Shown here piece after piece: positions 10,573 to 24,255 of a stretch of 64,000 nucleotides of DNA; within the stretch, counting starts at the first letter, position 1; each line of letters opens with the position of its first letter. A program made the position numbers and the translations under genes. The notes below the pieces were generated by a model. It was not told the origin of the DNA. It was given only the letters and a program-made list of their open reading frames with translations, and searched no databases. The DNA comes from a bacterium (GTDB lineage Bacteria; UBA6262; WVXT01). The stretch is from assembly GCA_046759165.1 (NCBI GenBank), contig JBHIBS010000001.1:1-64000 (forward strand). Reading direction: 5' to 3'.

Positions 10573-11292
10573 TTAGATCCCCAAGCTCAGGTTTACGCCG
10601 CCGGCGTAAGTAAGTTCATCTGCAAAACCAATCTCGCCCTTTATTGAAAGAAAAGGATAGAAGGATATTTTCCCACCTAAAAAGGGGCTAATGTCGCCAC
10701 TGCTTCCCTTTCCCTTATCACCTTCCTCGTCCTTCCATCTTACCCAATTGTGAAAGAATTTCACTCCACCATAAGGTGTTACCATTCCTATTTTCTTGCT
10801 TGCCATCACGCTTCCTTGCAACTCTGTAGTATCCAATTTAAAATCATTTTCGGTGCCATTTTCTTTCGTTAGGTAAGAAGAGGAATGAGTAAGCCCCAAA
10901 GCAAAAGATACGGCTGGTAGAATAACGATGTCTCCCAACATGACATACCTTATCCCACCCCCATACAATGCGTCATCGATTTTCCCCTCATAAGAGGTAC
11001 TCCCATTTTTCAATTCAGAACCTATGATTCCTGCCAAACCATAAACTTCCAGCCCCAAGGATGGTCGAATAGTAAATTTTATGTTGACTTTCTGAGAAAT
11101 ATAGTCAAAAGGTGTTTCGTGGCCGGTGATAACCAGTTTAAGCTTTTGTGTTGAATGGGCATAGTAAACTTCTGTATTAAATCCTCCAATACTGGTAGGT
11201 GTCACCCAAGGCATCACTTCTGTTGCCAGCCCAAAGGAACAAATACCATAAATTAATCCAAAGCTCAAAATAAAAATTTGAGCTATTCTCAT
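10573..11292 (-). CDS. Secreted protein, probable outer-membrane beta-barrel
   Basis: N-terminal signal peptide; alternating beta-strand pattern (TPYGGVKF, ISPFLGGKISF, YAGGVNLSL); RBS GAGGAG. Confidence 0.65.
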   Translation of the reverse strand: MRIAQIFILSFGLIYGICSFGLATEVMPWVTPTSIGGFNTEVYYAHSTQKLKLVITGHETPFDYISQKVNIKFTIRPSLGLEVYGLAGIIGSELKNGSTSYEGKIDDALYGGGIRYVMLGDIVILPAVSFALGLTHSSSYLTKENGTENDFKLDTTELQGSVMASKKIGMVTPYGGVKFFHNWVRWKDEEGDKGKGSSGDISPFLGGKISFYPFLSIKGEIGFADELTYAGGVNLSLGI

Positions 11293-11334
11293 ATCTTCTC
11301 CTCATGCCAAAAATAACTTCTATATAACAAAAAA

Positions 11335-11452
11335 CCCTGGCGATGTCCTACTCTTCCATACCGTTACCAGTACAGTACCATCAGCGCTGGAGGCCTTAAC
11401 TTCTGTGTTCGGGATGGGAACAGGTGTTTCACCTCCGCCATAATCGCCAGGG
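11335..11452 (-). rRNA. rrf: 5S rRNA
   Basis: Reverse complement contains CACCTGTTCCCATCCCGAACACAGAAGTTAAG and GATGGTACTG; CCCTGGCGA/TCGCCAGGG terminal helix. Confidence 0.96.
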
Positions 11453-11480
11453 GAAAACGTTTAATAAAATCAAATAGTAT

Positions 11481-14565
<3,085 letters not shown>

Positions 14566-14630
14566 ATACTACTTAATTTTACTCGACGATATATTGAATC
14601 CACCTGCATAATAGCAGGGTACCCTTTATT

Positions 14631-14642
14631 TGTCAAAGAGCA
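14631..14642 (-). promoter_or_regulatory. Spacer boxA antitermination site
   Basis: TGCTCTTTGACA upstream of 23S. Confidence 0.75.
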
Positions 14643-14720
14643 AATAAATATAAGAAACAAAATGTAAGTGAAAAATTCTCCCCACTTACACCCTATATCT
14701 TTCTACTTGTCTTTTTTATC

Positions 14721-14796
14721 TGGTGGAGAATACCGGACTTGAACCGGTGACCTCCTCGGTGCAAGCGAGGCGCTCTCCCAACTGAGCTAATTCCCC
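14721..14796 (-). tRNA. tRNA-Ala(TGC)
   Basis: GGGGAATTAGCTCAG...CCTCG CT TGC AC CGAGG...GGTTCAAGTCC...CCA, 76 nt. Confidence 0.97.
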
Positions 14797-14892
14797 ATGT
14801 AGATGCGCAGAATATTTCTTAACTTATAAACTGGGCCAGACCCACAAAAAAGGCAGATGAAGGAAACGAGTTCTCACTTACCCCTGCCTCTT

Positions 14893-14969
14893 TGGTGGGC
14901 CTTTCTGGGTTCGAACCAGAGACCTCTACCTTATCAGGATAGCGCTCTAACCAACTGAGCTAAAGGCCC
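14893..14969 (-). tRNA. tRNA-Ile(GAT)
   Basis: GGGCCTTTAGCTCAG...CT GAT AA...GGTTCGAACCC...CCA, 77 nt. Confidence 0.97.
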
Positions 14970-15091
14970 TTTCTGAATTGACCTAAGATTTATATAGTTA
15001 ATATAAACTTTTTCTTATATAACTGAGCCTTTTAGCCTCCTATTAACATTTATTAAAATTAAATAGGAGCTGAAGCCAAAAACCCTGAAAT

Positions 15092-16695
<1,604 letters not shown>

Positions 16696-16753
16696 AATTT
16701 ACTCAACACCTTGAATTGACCAGGGTTATCTGGCTCCAATGCTCCTATTTTGA

Positions 16754-16808
16754 TTTCAAAGAACTAACCATCCATTTTAATGATACCATATGATTACTAC
16801 TCTGTCAA
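16754..16808 (-). promoter_or_regulatory. Proximal rRNA promoter plus leader boxA
   Basis: TTGACA(16808-16803)-17nt-TATCAT(16785-16780) with extended TG; GTTCTTTGAAA at 16764-16754. Confidence 0.8.
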
Positions 16809-17011
16809 GACCCCTTTTATTCATTCACAAAAACCGAACAAAAATAGGAAAGAATACATCCTTGTGTTATATTCCTGTAACTAAAATTTATGATTGGGAA
16901 ATAGATGTTGGCTTTTAAAGAAAAGAGCGCGAAGGTAACCTTGGCGGGATCTAAATTCTTTCGGAGAGCAAAGTTGTTTTCTCCGACGCATCCCTCCCTT
17001 CTTTCAATGAA

Positions 17012-17040
17012 ATAATAACAAAGTTTTTCTTACTTGTCAA
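17012..17040 (-). promoter_or_regulatory. Distal rRNA promoter
   Basis: TTGACA-17nt-TATTAT with extended TG, just downstream of the rho stop. Confidence 0.7.
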
Positions 17041-17054
17041 GTGGTTTTTTAAAT

Positions 17055-18344
17055 TTATTTCACAAAACCCTGCTCGCGGTTATCAATTTCCAGTAATTTC
17101 AAAAATTCTTTATTTGACTTGGTTGTCTGCAGTTTCTCCAGCAAAAACTCCATCGATTCAACCACGTTCAATGAGCCCAAAGCCTTTCGCAGAAGCCACA
17201 CTTTGTTCAATTCATCTTCAGAAAGAAGGAGCTCCTCCTTTCTCGTCCCAGAACGGTGAATATCAATTGTAGGAAATATTCTTTTGTCAACTAATCTACG
17301 ATCAAGATTGGCTTCCATATTACCTGTCCCTTTAAATTCTTCAAATATGACATCGTCCATCCGGCTTCCTGTATCAACCAGTGCCGTGGCAATGATCGTC
17401 AGGCTGCCCCCTTCTTCAATATTGCGGGCAGCACCAAAAAAACGCTTGGGCTTCTGGAGAGCGTTAGAATCTAAGCCGCCCGACAACACCCTACCAGAGG
17501 ATGGAGTTACGGTATTGTAAGCCCTAGCTAAACGGGTTATGCTATCCAGCAAGATGACCACATCTCTTTTATGTTCAACCAGCCTCTTTGCTTTTTCCAT
17601 AACCATTTCTGCTACTTGAATGTGGCGATCCGCCGGCTCATCAAAGGTTGAAGAAATCACTTCTGCTTTTACCGACCTTTGCATATCAGTAACTTCTTCA
17701 GGTCTTTCATCTATGAGCAATACTATTAGAGCGATCTCTGGATGGTTGCTCGTAATACTATTTGCAATTTGCTGCAATAGAATAGTTTTCCCAGTTCGCG
17801 GTGCAGCAACAATCAACCCTCTCTGTCCCTTTCCAATGGGAGTCAAAATGTCCATTACTCGCATGGATACTTCCGTAGGTTTAGTTTCTAATCTAATTCG
17901 TTCATTTGGATAAAGGGGAGTCAGATTATCGAATAGTAAGCGCTCACGAATATTCTCCGGATTTTCGCTATTGACCGCTTCTACTCGTAAGAGGGCAAAG
18001 AAACGTTCACCCTCTTTTGGCGGACGTACCTGGCCAGAGACAGTGTCGCCCTTATTTAGACCGAAACGCTTAATTTGTGAAGGAGAAATATAGATGTCAT
18101 CCGGGCCTGGCAAGTAATTGTTGTTCGGAGACCTCAAGAAACCGAAACCATCGGGCAAAATTTCAAGCACCCCTTCATCGAATAGTAGCCCGTTAGATTC
18201 AGCTTGGCCATGCAAAATTTTGAAAATTAAATCCTGCTTTCGAAGGCCAGATATCCCTTCTACCTTCAACTCTTTTGCTTTCTTTGTTAAATCTGCTATG
18301 GTCATCTTGGACAGCGCACTTATATCTAATGGGGTTTTCTCCAT
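17055..18344 (-). CDS. rho: Transcription termination factor Rho
   Basis: [48 protein letters not shown]. Confidence 0.98.
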   Translation of the reverse strand: MEKTPLDISALSKMTIADLTKKAKELKVEGISGLRKQDLIFKILHGQAESNGLLFDEGVLEILPDGFGFLRSPNNNYLPGPDDIYISPSQIKRFGLNKGDTVSGQVRPPKEGERFFALLRVEAVNSENPENIRERLLFDNLTPLYPNERIRLETKPTEVSMRVMDILTPIGKGQRGLIVAAPRTGKTILLQQIANSITSNHPEIALIVLLIDERPEEVTDMQRSVKAEVISSTFDEPADRHIQVAEMVMEKAKRLVEHKRDVVILLDSITRLARAYNTVTPSSGRVLSGGLDSNALQKPKRFFGAARNIEEGGSLTIIATALVDTGSRMDDVIFEEFKGTGNMEANLDRRLVDKRIFPTIDIHRSGTRKEELLLSEDELNKVWLLRKALGSLNVVESMEFLLEKLQTTKSNKEFLKLLEIDNREQGFVK

Positions 18345-18466
18345 TATCCATTCCTCCTTATTTTATATAATAAAATTTTCTGGAAAGCGTTAAAGCAAAG
18401 GGAAAATGTCTAGGATTTGATAAATAGGATTACGTTGAGGAATGCTTACGTCGGTTTGCTATTATT

Positions 18467-18495
18467 ATATTACAACACTTTACAGATTTTGTCAA
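18467..18495 (-). promoter_or_regulatory. Putative rho promoter
   Basis: TTGACA-17nt-TAATAT. Confidence 0.55.
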
Positions 18496-18631
18496 TAATT
18501 ATTTTTAAGAGGTCATCTCAAAGCCAAAATACAGCATAATATGAGAAAACTAATTCCTAGGTCCAGGACGCAGCAAAGTCGATAATCTCTTTAAATATGG
18601 ATTACAAGTAGCTAACTATTATGCCTGAAAC

Positions 18632-19117
18632 CTAATGCGCTCGATCGGGAAAGTCGAAGGGAGTAATAGGCTCCACCTTCTCGCTTTTCCTTTCTTTACT
18701 TTTCCCTTTCCTTTTAAAATACCCTACAGGCAGACCACTGTCTCCGTGAGTGTCAACACCAATAAGCTCCCAGTCGTCCTTTCCAAGATTATTAAGAAAT
18801 TCTTCCTGCTCAGCAAAAGTAGGCATTCCTTTCTTCTTTATCCTCTCTAGTTCAAACTCCTTAAATGATTTTAAAGCTTCTAGTTCGCTCCCAGGACTCA
18901 GTCCCTGGGGATAGAATCTCTCACAGAAGTCCCTAAATTCTTCACTTTCTACTCCCAGCTCTTCCCAATCCCGAAGAGCCGTAGTATAAAATCTTGCTCT
19001 TTCCTCTGGCATAAGGAACATTACCTTGTATTCCCATTTAGTTTTCCCTCCTAATACAAAGCCAGTGAACAGAAAGATTCCCAGAACCAAAATTATCCCC
19101 GTCGACACTTTCTTCAT
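18632..19117 (-). CDS. Secreted DUF4177-like protein with long central segment
   Basis: AAGGAGG RBS before ATG at 19117; signal-like N-terminus; KWEYKV...LNNLGKDDWELIGV...YFKR. Confidence 0.65.
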   Translation of the reverse strand: MKKVSTGIILVLGIFLFTGFVLGGKTKWEYKVMFLMPEERARFYTTALRDWEELGVESEEFRDFCERFYPQGLSPGSELEALKSFKEFELERIKKKGMPTFAEQEEFLNNLGKDDWELIGVDTHGDSGLPVGYFKRKGKSKERKSEKVEPITPFDFPDRAH

Positions 19118-19204
19118 CTTCGGCCTCCTTCGCATTTTCTCTGCAATAAACAAAAATTTGTCCCCAAATAATTTCCCTCTTTCTCCATTCGAACGAAATT
19201 GGTT

Positions 19205-19459
19205 CTACTCGACATTCTCCTTCATTACTTTCGCTATCTCGAACGCAACAAAGTCTAATCTGTCCTCAGCTTCATCGAGAATCTCCACGCTCCACTTGCC
19301 TCCCCATTCAGGTAGAAATGTTTTGTAGTTCCAGGTGCGGTGTCTTGGATATTTAATAGGAAGTACCACTTCTACCATCCTTTCTTCAACATATTACCAG
19401 CCGTGAATAACCCCCGTTGGCTCATCCGCTCTTCTGACGCAAGTACAATAGTCAATTTT
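19205..19459 (-). pseudogene. DUF2914-like gene remnant
   Basis: Manual translation KIDYCTCVRRADEPTGVIHGW*YVEERMVEVVLPIKYPRHRTWNYKTFLPEWGGKWSVEILDE...; in-frame TAA at 19394-19396; no 5' part. Confidence 0.7.
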
Positions 19460-19508
19460 GAGATTGGAATATTATGTAAAAGTCCAGGTGAACGGTCATA
19501 AGAACAAT

Positions 19509-20897
19509 CTATTTAAGATTATCTTCTACTAAGCTTTTTAACTCTTGCAAATTGGGTAGGGTATTAGCATCGGCAAGGTAAATTCCACGCTGAGTTCCTT
19601 CCCTCCAAGCTAAATATAATACCTTCTCCTGAGTGGGTGAGAATACGGGGTTTGTATTTCCATAGTGTTTTTCACTTACAATTTTATGTTTATTTCGACC
19701 ATTAATATCAACTATATAGATTCCTTTCCAACCGAACAATGCTTCACCAGGCGTTCGGCGGTGAGGTTTACCACTGCTCAAGAATAGTATCTTCTTTCCA
19801 TCTGGAGAGAAGGATGGGAATTTATTATAGGACTTATCACTCACAATACACTTCTCATTTCTTCTTCTAATGTCATACGTATAGATTCCGCTATTATCCA
19901 GCGCATCAATCCTCCCATCTTTATTAGTATCTCTACGCCTGCTTAAATAGACGATTTTAGTCCCGGCCGGGGAAAAAACGGGAAAAGAGTTACTGTATCT
20001 ATCACTTGCAATCTCCTGTTCATTTCTGCCATCACTATCTATAATATATATAGCACTATTATCACGCAGATCAATCCGGCCGTCCCTGTTAGTATCTCTT
20101 CTCCAGCAGGCATAAACTATCTCTTGACCATCGGATGAAAAAGAAGGAAAAGTGTTATCGTATTCAGCGCTGACTATTTCTTTTTCATTTTTACCATCGA
20201 TATCTATCGTATAGATTCCGCTATTGTACCCTCGCCAGCTGACAAATAGAATCTTATCGCCATCCGGAGAAAAGGAAGGGAACTTATTGTGGTACTGGTC
20301 AGAAACTATACATTTTTCATATCCTCCATGTAAGTCTTTTGCATATATTCCGGGATTATCAAGTAGATCGATCTTATCATCTGCATTAGTATCCCTTCGC
20401 CTGCTCAAATATACTATCTTGCTCCCATCTAGCGAGAAAGAGGGATAAGTATTCTGATAATCATCATTCACAATTTGTCTCTCGTTTTTTCCCTCTACAT
20501 CAATTATGTAAATTCCAAAATTATCCTTTTGGTCAACCACGCCGTCGCCGTTAGTATCATGTCGAATGCTACAAAAGAGTATCTTGTTTCCATCCGCAGA
20601 AAATGCTGGAAAGGCATTGCGATATTCATCGGTTACAATTTTTTTCATACCAGTCAATTCACAGACTTTTTTAATCATCTCCTTTGACGGACCTAAGGTG
20701 ATTACTTCCCGAAGGGCGTTTTTTGTATTTGCAAGATCTCCATTATTAAGATAGGCCTCTGCTAAAAGATAGTAGGTGTTAATATCTTTTCTTTTGGAAA
20801 TTGCTATAGAAAACTGCTTAATGGCTTCATCAAAAAATCCCAATTTAAATAGTTCTTGCCCTCTGTTGACTTCCTTAATTTTTCCAAAAAAGCGCAT
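19509..20897 (-). CDS. TPR + TolB-like (PD40) beta-propeller protein with four DxNxD acidic loops
   Basis: N-terminal TPR pattern; repeated PxFSPDGxKI blades; DTNGDGVVD, DTNADDKID, DTNRDGRID, DTNKDGRID. Confidence 0.8.
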   Translation of the reverse strand: MRFFGKIKEVNRGQELFKLGFFDEAIKQFSIAISKRKDINTYYLLAEAYLNNGDLANTKNALREVITLGPSKEMIKKVCELTGMKKIVTDEYRNAFPAFSADGNKILFCSIRHDTNGDGVVDQKDNFGIYIIDVEGKNERQIVNDDYQNTYPSFSLDGSKIVYLSRRRDTNADDKIDLLDNPGIYAKDLHGGYEKCIVSDQYHNKFPSFSPDGDKILFVSWRGYNSGIYTIDIDGKNEKEIVSAEYDNTFPSFSSDGQEIVYACWRRDTNRDGRIDLRDNSAIYIIDSDGRNEQEIASDRYSNSFPVFSPAGTKIVYLSRRRDTNKDGRIDALDNSGIYTYDIRRRNEKCIVSDKSYNKFPSFSPDGKKILFLSSGKPHRRTPGEALFGWKGIYIVDINGRNKHKIVSEKHYGNTNPVFSPTQEKVLYLAWREGTQRGIYLADANTLPNLQELKSLVEDNLK

Positions 20898-20912
20898 GGA
20901 GCTACCCTACAT

Positions 20913-21281
20913 TTAGTAGGTATAATCCGTGTTTACAATAAAAGCATCTTTGATAAGTTCTATGTGATCCGGATAGACAGAAACTACGTCAAATCTAAGA
21001 TCTTGCCTATATATCTTCTTTTCTTTTAGATATGTTAAAGCTACTTTAGCAAGCTTCTTTTGTTTATGCCAGTCTATTGCCTGTTCAGGTAGACCGTATT
21101 CTTTTGTCTTTCGCGTCTTGACTTCCACAAAACAAAGAACGTTTTTGTCTTTAGCAACGATATCGATCTCACCTAGAGAACAACGGTAATTCCTCTCCAT
21201 AATTTTATATCCTTGCTTTTTTAAGAATTCTACAGATATGTTTTCTCCCCTTTTACCTAAATTTATTCTTTCGTTACTCAT
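20913..21281 (-). CDS. yraN: YraN family (UPF0102) putative endonuclease
   Basis: GKRGE, ERNYR, GEIDIV, FVEVKTR, RFDVV. Confidence 0.95.
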   Translation of the reverse strand: MSNERINLGKRGENISVEFLKKQGYKIMERNYRCSLGEIDIVAKDKNVLCFVEVKTRKTKEYGLPEQAIDWHKQKKLAKVALTYLKEKKIYRQDLRFDVVSVYPDHIELIKDAFIVNTDYTY

Positions 21282-21636
21282 TTAGTCTCCTATCTTTAAC
21301 TCGAGCAGCTTTACCTGTTTTCTTACGTAAATAATACAGTTTTGCCCGCCGAACCCTTCCTTTCTTAATAACATTTATCTTTTCAATCTGGGGAGAATGG
21401 AGAGGAAAGATCCTTTCCACTCCTATACCATAAGAAAGCTTCCGGACGGTGAAAGTTTGACTTACGGCTCTTCCTGAACGGCTAATCACCACCCCCTCAA
21501 AGGTGTGAACCCTTTCGCTCCCGCCTTCGAAAAATTTTGAAATGACCCGCACTGTATCCCCCACGCTGAACTGTGGTAGGTCCTTTTTTAGCATCCCACC
21601 AGTTACTTTGTTCGCCAAACTATCCATAAACCCCAC
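21274..21636 (-). CDS. rplS: 50S ribosomal protein L19
   Basis: [34 protein letters not shown]. Confidence 0.98.
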   Translation of the reverse strand: MGFMDSLANKVTGGMLKKDLPQFSVGDTVRVISKFFEGGSERVHTFEGVVISRSGRAVSQTFTVRKLSYGIGVERIFPLHSPQIEKINVIKKGRVRRAKLYYLRKKTGKAARVKDRRLNE

Positions 21637-21697
21637 CCTTACATAACCACAAGTTTATCTATTCGCATCCTCAGGAAGTGATCGAGTTGCAACCGTA

Positions 21698-22453
21698 TCA
21701 CTTTGTTTTTCTTCTAAGTTCCTCTAAGACTTTTTGATCTTCCGCAGAAAGCCTTATTTTTTCTAAAAGATCTGGTTTTTTCTTCAAAGTGTTTTCTAGC
21801 GATTTTTGTCTTCGCCACTTTCTAATTCGGCTATGGTTACCTGATAGAAGAAGGGCGGGAACAGACTTTCCTCTAAACCTTCGGGGACGAGTGTAATGCG
21901 GATAATCTAATAATCCCTGGTAAAAGGAATCGTTCTCAAAAGACTCCCTTTTATTTAAAACCCCTGACAATAGCCTTACCAAGGAATCGATAATCACCAT
22001 TGCCGGCAATTCTCCACCCGTCAAAACATAATCGCCAATTGAAACCTCATCAGTAATTAAGTTCTCCTTGACTCGCTCGTCCACTCCCTCATAATGCCCA
22101 CAGATAAAGAGCAAGTGCTCCTCCCGTGAAAGTTCCTTTGCTTTATCCTGGTCGAAGGTTTCTCCTTGAGGAGTCAAAAGAATAATGCGAACTCTAGGTT
22201 TTGCCTTTGCACTGCCCACGATTTTTTCCACAGCCCGAAATATAGGCTCGGGTTTCAAAACCATCCCGGCCCCACCACCATAAGAATAATCGTCCACAAT
22301 GGAGTGTTTATTTAAAGCAAAGTCACGCAAATTATGTATGCTAATCTTAACAATGTTTTTCTGTTGCGCCCGTTTTAAGATACTTTCCTGAATTATCCCT
22401 TCGAACATTCGTGGAAATATAGTTATTACATCGACTTGCATCTTTGTCTTCAA
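21698..22453 (-). CDS. trmD: tRNA (guanine-N1)-methyltransferase
   Basis: YGGGAGMV, CGHYEGVDER, SIGDYVLTGGE, YPHYTRP. Confidence 0.98.
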   Translation of the reverse strand: MKTKMQVDVITIFPRMFEGIIQESILKRAQQKNIVKISIHNLRDFALNKHSIVDDYSYGGGAGMVLKPEPIFRAVEKIVGSAKAKPRVRIILLTPQGETFDQDKAKELSREEHLLFICGHYEGVDERVKENLITDEVSIGDYVLTGGELPAMVIIDSLVRLLSGVLNKRESFENDSFYQGLLDYPHYTRPRRFRGKSVPALLLSGNHSRIRKWRRQKSLENTLKKKPDLLEKIRLSAEDQKVLEELRRKTK

Positions 22454-22993
22454 TTATAGTCCCTCGGGAAAATCGATTATCATTCTTTTCTTATTAATGT
22501 TTATTTCCTTAACCCATTTTCTTAAGGCGGGAAACAGAGTTTCTTTGCTGTCCTCTTTGATTACATAGATATCGTTTGCCCCTGTAGCAAAGATATCCAC
22601 AATTTTTCCAAGCCTGCGAAGGCCTATTTTGTCTTCCGTAAAAACTTCCATTCCCATTAAATCTCGAACATAATAGACTCCCCTCTCTAAGGGAAGTCTC
22701 TTGCAAGCAACCTTATATTTCTTTATCTGATCTGCCTGACTTATAGTATCATATCCAGCAAATTTCAGGATAATGAATCCCTTCTGTTCTCTCATGCCAA
22801 CTATCTGGGCTTCCTTTTTCTCCCCATATGGGCTCACTAAATAGACATTCTTCATAGTTTCTAAAAGACCCCTTCGACCTCTTGCGACGAAGCTTGACAG
22901 GGGCAGGTAGGAAATAAGTCTCACTTCACCTTTGCGTCCCTGTATATTAATGATCTCTCCCAAAAAGACTAAGTTTTTATCATTTTCTTCCAT
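22454..22993 (-). CDS. rimM: Ribosome maturation factor RimM
   Basis: GRKGEV, YYVRDLMG, TGANDIY; rpsP-khpA-rimM-trmD-rplS order. Confidence 0.93.
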   Translation of the reverse strand: MEENDKNLVFLGEIINIQGRKGEVRLISYLPLSSFVARGRRGLLETMKNVYLVSPYGEKKEAQIVGMREQKGFIILKFAGYDTISQADQIKKYKVACKRLPLERGVYYVRDLMGMEVFTEDKIGLRRLGKIVDIFATGANDIYVIKEDSKETLFPALRKWVKEININKKRMIIDFPEGL

Positions 22994-23236
22994 TTATTTA
23001 ATGACCTCGAGCGTGACTCGATGCCCCGACTTCACTGAGCCAGCATTAAGCAATGTGCGAAGTGCCTTAATAGTCCTTCCCTGTTTACCGATTACTTTAC
23101 CTATGTCTTGCTTTGCTGTGGAGAGCTCCAAAATTATATTTTGTTCTCCTTTTACTTCTTTAACTTTGACCTCTTTGGGGTTATCTACTAATTTTTTAAC
23201 TATATAAAGAACCAGTTCTTTCAACTTTTTCTCCAA
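22994..23236 (-). CDS. khpA: KH-domain RNA-binding protein KhpA
   Basis: LVDNP, DIGKVIGKQGRTIKALR. Confidence 0.93.
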   Translation of the reverse strand: MEKKLKELVLYIVKKLVDNPKEVKVKEVKGEQNIILELSTAKQDIGKVIGKQGRTIKALRTLLNAGSVKSGHRVTLEVIK

Positions 23237-23272
23237 AAAATCACATAATAGTGAGTATTTGATGCCTAATAA

Positions 23273-23521
23273 TTATTCCTTTTCCCTGCGAATTTTCAAT
23301 AGACTCTTTACTGTTGGTGAAAGCAACGCACCCTTCTCTATCCAAGCCCTAATCTTTTCTTGCAAGAAAGTGACCTTCTCCCTGCCCCCCCCGCAGGGGT
23401 TGTAATGTCCAAGAATTTCTAATACTCGTCCATCCCTTCTCTTTCTCGAATCAACTGCCACAATAGTGTAGAAGGGACGCTTGTGTGTCCCGATTCTCTT
23501 CAATCTAATCATTATTGACAT
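23273..23521 (-). CDS. rpsP: 30S ribosomal protein S16 (start moved to ATG 23521 behind GGAGG)
   Basis: IRLKRIG, PFYTIV, RDGR, LGHYNP. Confidence 0.96.
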   Translation of the reverse strand: MSIMIRLKRIGTHKRPFYTIVAVDSRKRRDGRVLEILGHYNPCGGGREKVTFLQEKIRAWIEKGALLSPTVKSLLKIRREKE

Positions 23522-23574
23522 GTTTCCTCCCTTTGAGATCAGCAACAATAAAATCCCAGTTTTTCTCTCGTCAT

Positions 23575-24255
23575 TTACTTACTGGCGGCTCTCCTCTGAG
23601 AGAGGTCGCACAATTTGCGAAGATTCTCAATTGCTTTCCTGGGATTGGGTGAGCCGAAAATATACTCACCAGCGACCAGAATATTTGCGCCGCTATCTAT
23701 TGCGGACTGCGCAGTTTCAAGATTGATTCCACCGTCAACTTGAATATCTACATCGAGTCGACTTTTTAAAATGTAGTCCCGGAGCTGAGCAATCTTGGGT
23801 AAGACAGAACTAATGAACGTCTGCCCCCCATAGCCCGGCTCTACTGTCATCAACAGGGCCATATCGATTTGATTTAAGTGCTCCAACAAAGACTCAATGG
23901 GCGTCTGGGGATTGAGAGCCACTCCAACTTCCAATCCCTCCTTTTTAATTGCTTTAATTTCCTCTCTAAGATTAATACAAGCTTCTGAGTTAACTGTAAT
24001 AATTTTTGCTCCAGCCTGAGCAAAGACAGATATAAATTTCTCAGGATTCTCTATCATCAGGTGGACGTCGAGTGGAAGTTTGGTTATCCCCTTTATGGAA
24101 CTGACGACCCTAGGTCCAAAGGAAATATTGGGAACGAAGTGACCATCCATAATATCGAGATGTAACATATCAGCTCCCGCTTCTTCTATAAGCGAAATCA
24201 ACTCCTTTAAGTTAGTAAAGTCGCAGCTTAGAATAGAAGGAGCAATCCTAATCAC
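23575..24255 (-). CDS. rpe: Ribulose-phosphate 3-epimerase
   Basis: IAPSILS, HLDIMDGHFVPN, DVHLM, VDGGI. Confidence 0.97.
   Translation of the reverse strand: MIRIAPSILSCDFTNLKELISLIEEAGADMLHLDIMDGHFVPNISFGPRVVSSIKGITKLPLDVHLMIENPEKFISVFAQAGAKIITVNSEACINLREEIKAIKKEGLEVGVALNPQTPIESLLEHLNQIDMALLMTVEPGYGGQTFISSVLPKIAQLRDYILKSRLDVDIQVDGGINLETAQSAIDSGANILVAGEYIFGSPNPRKAIENLRKLCDLSQRRAASK

Noticed and set aside
16880..16990. 36-aa ORF (MRRRKQLC...) between the two rRNA promoters
   Set aside because: The SD-like sequence abuts the ATG and no family is recognisable; treated as leader sequence.
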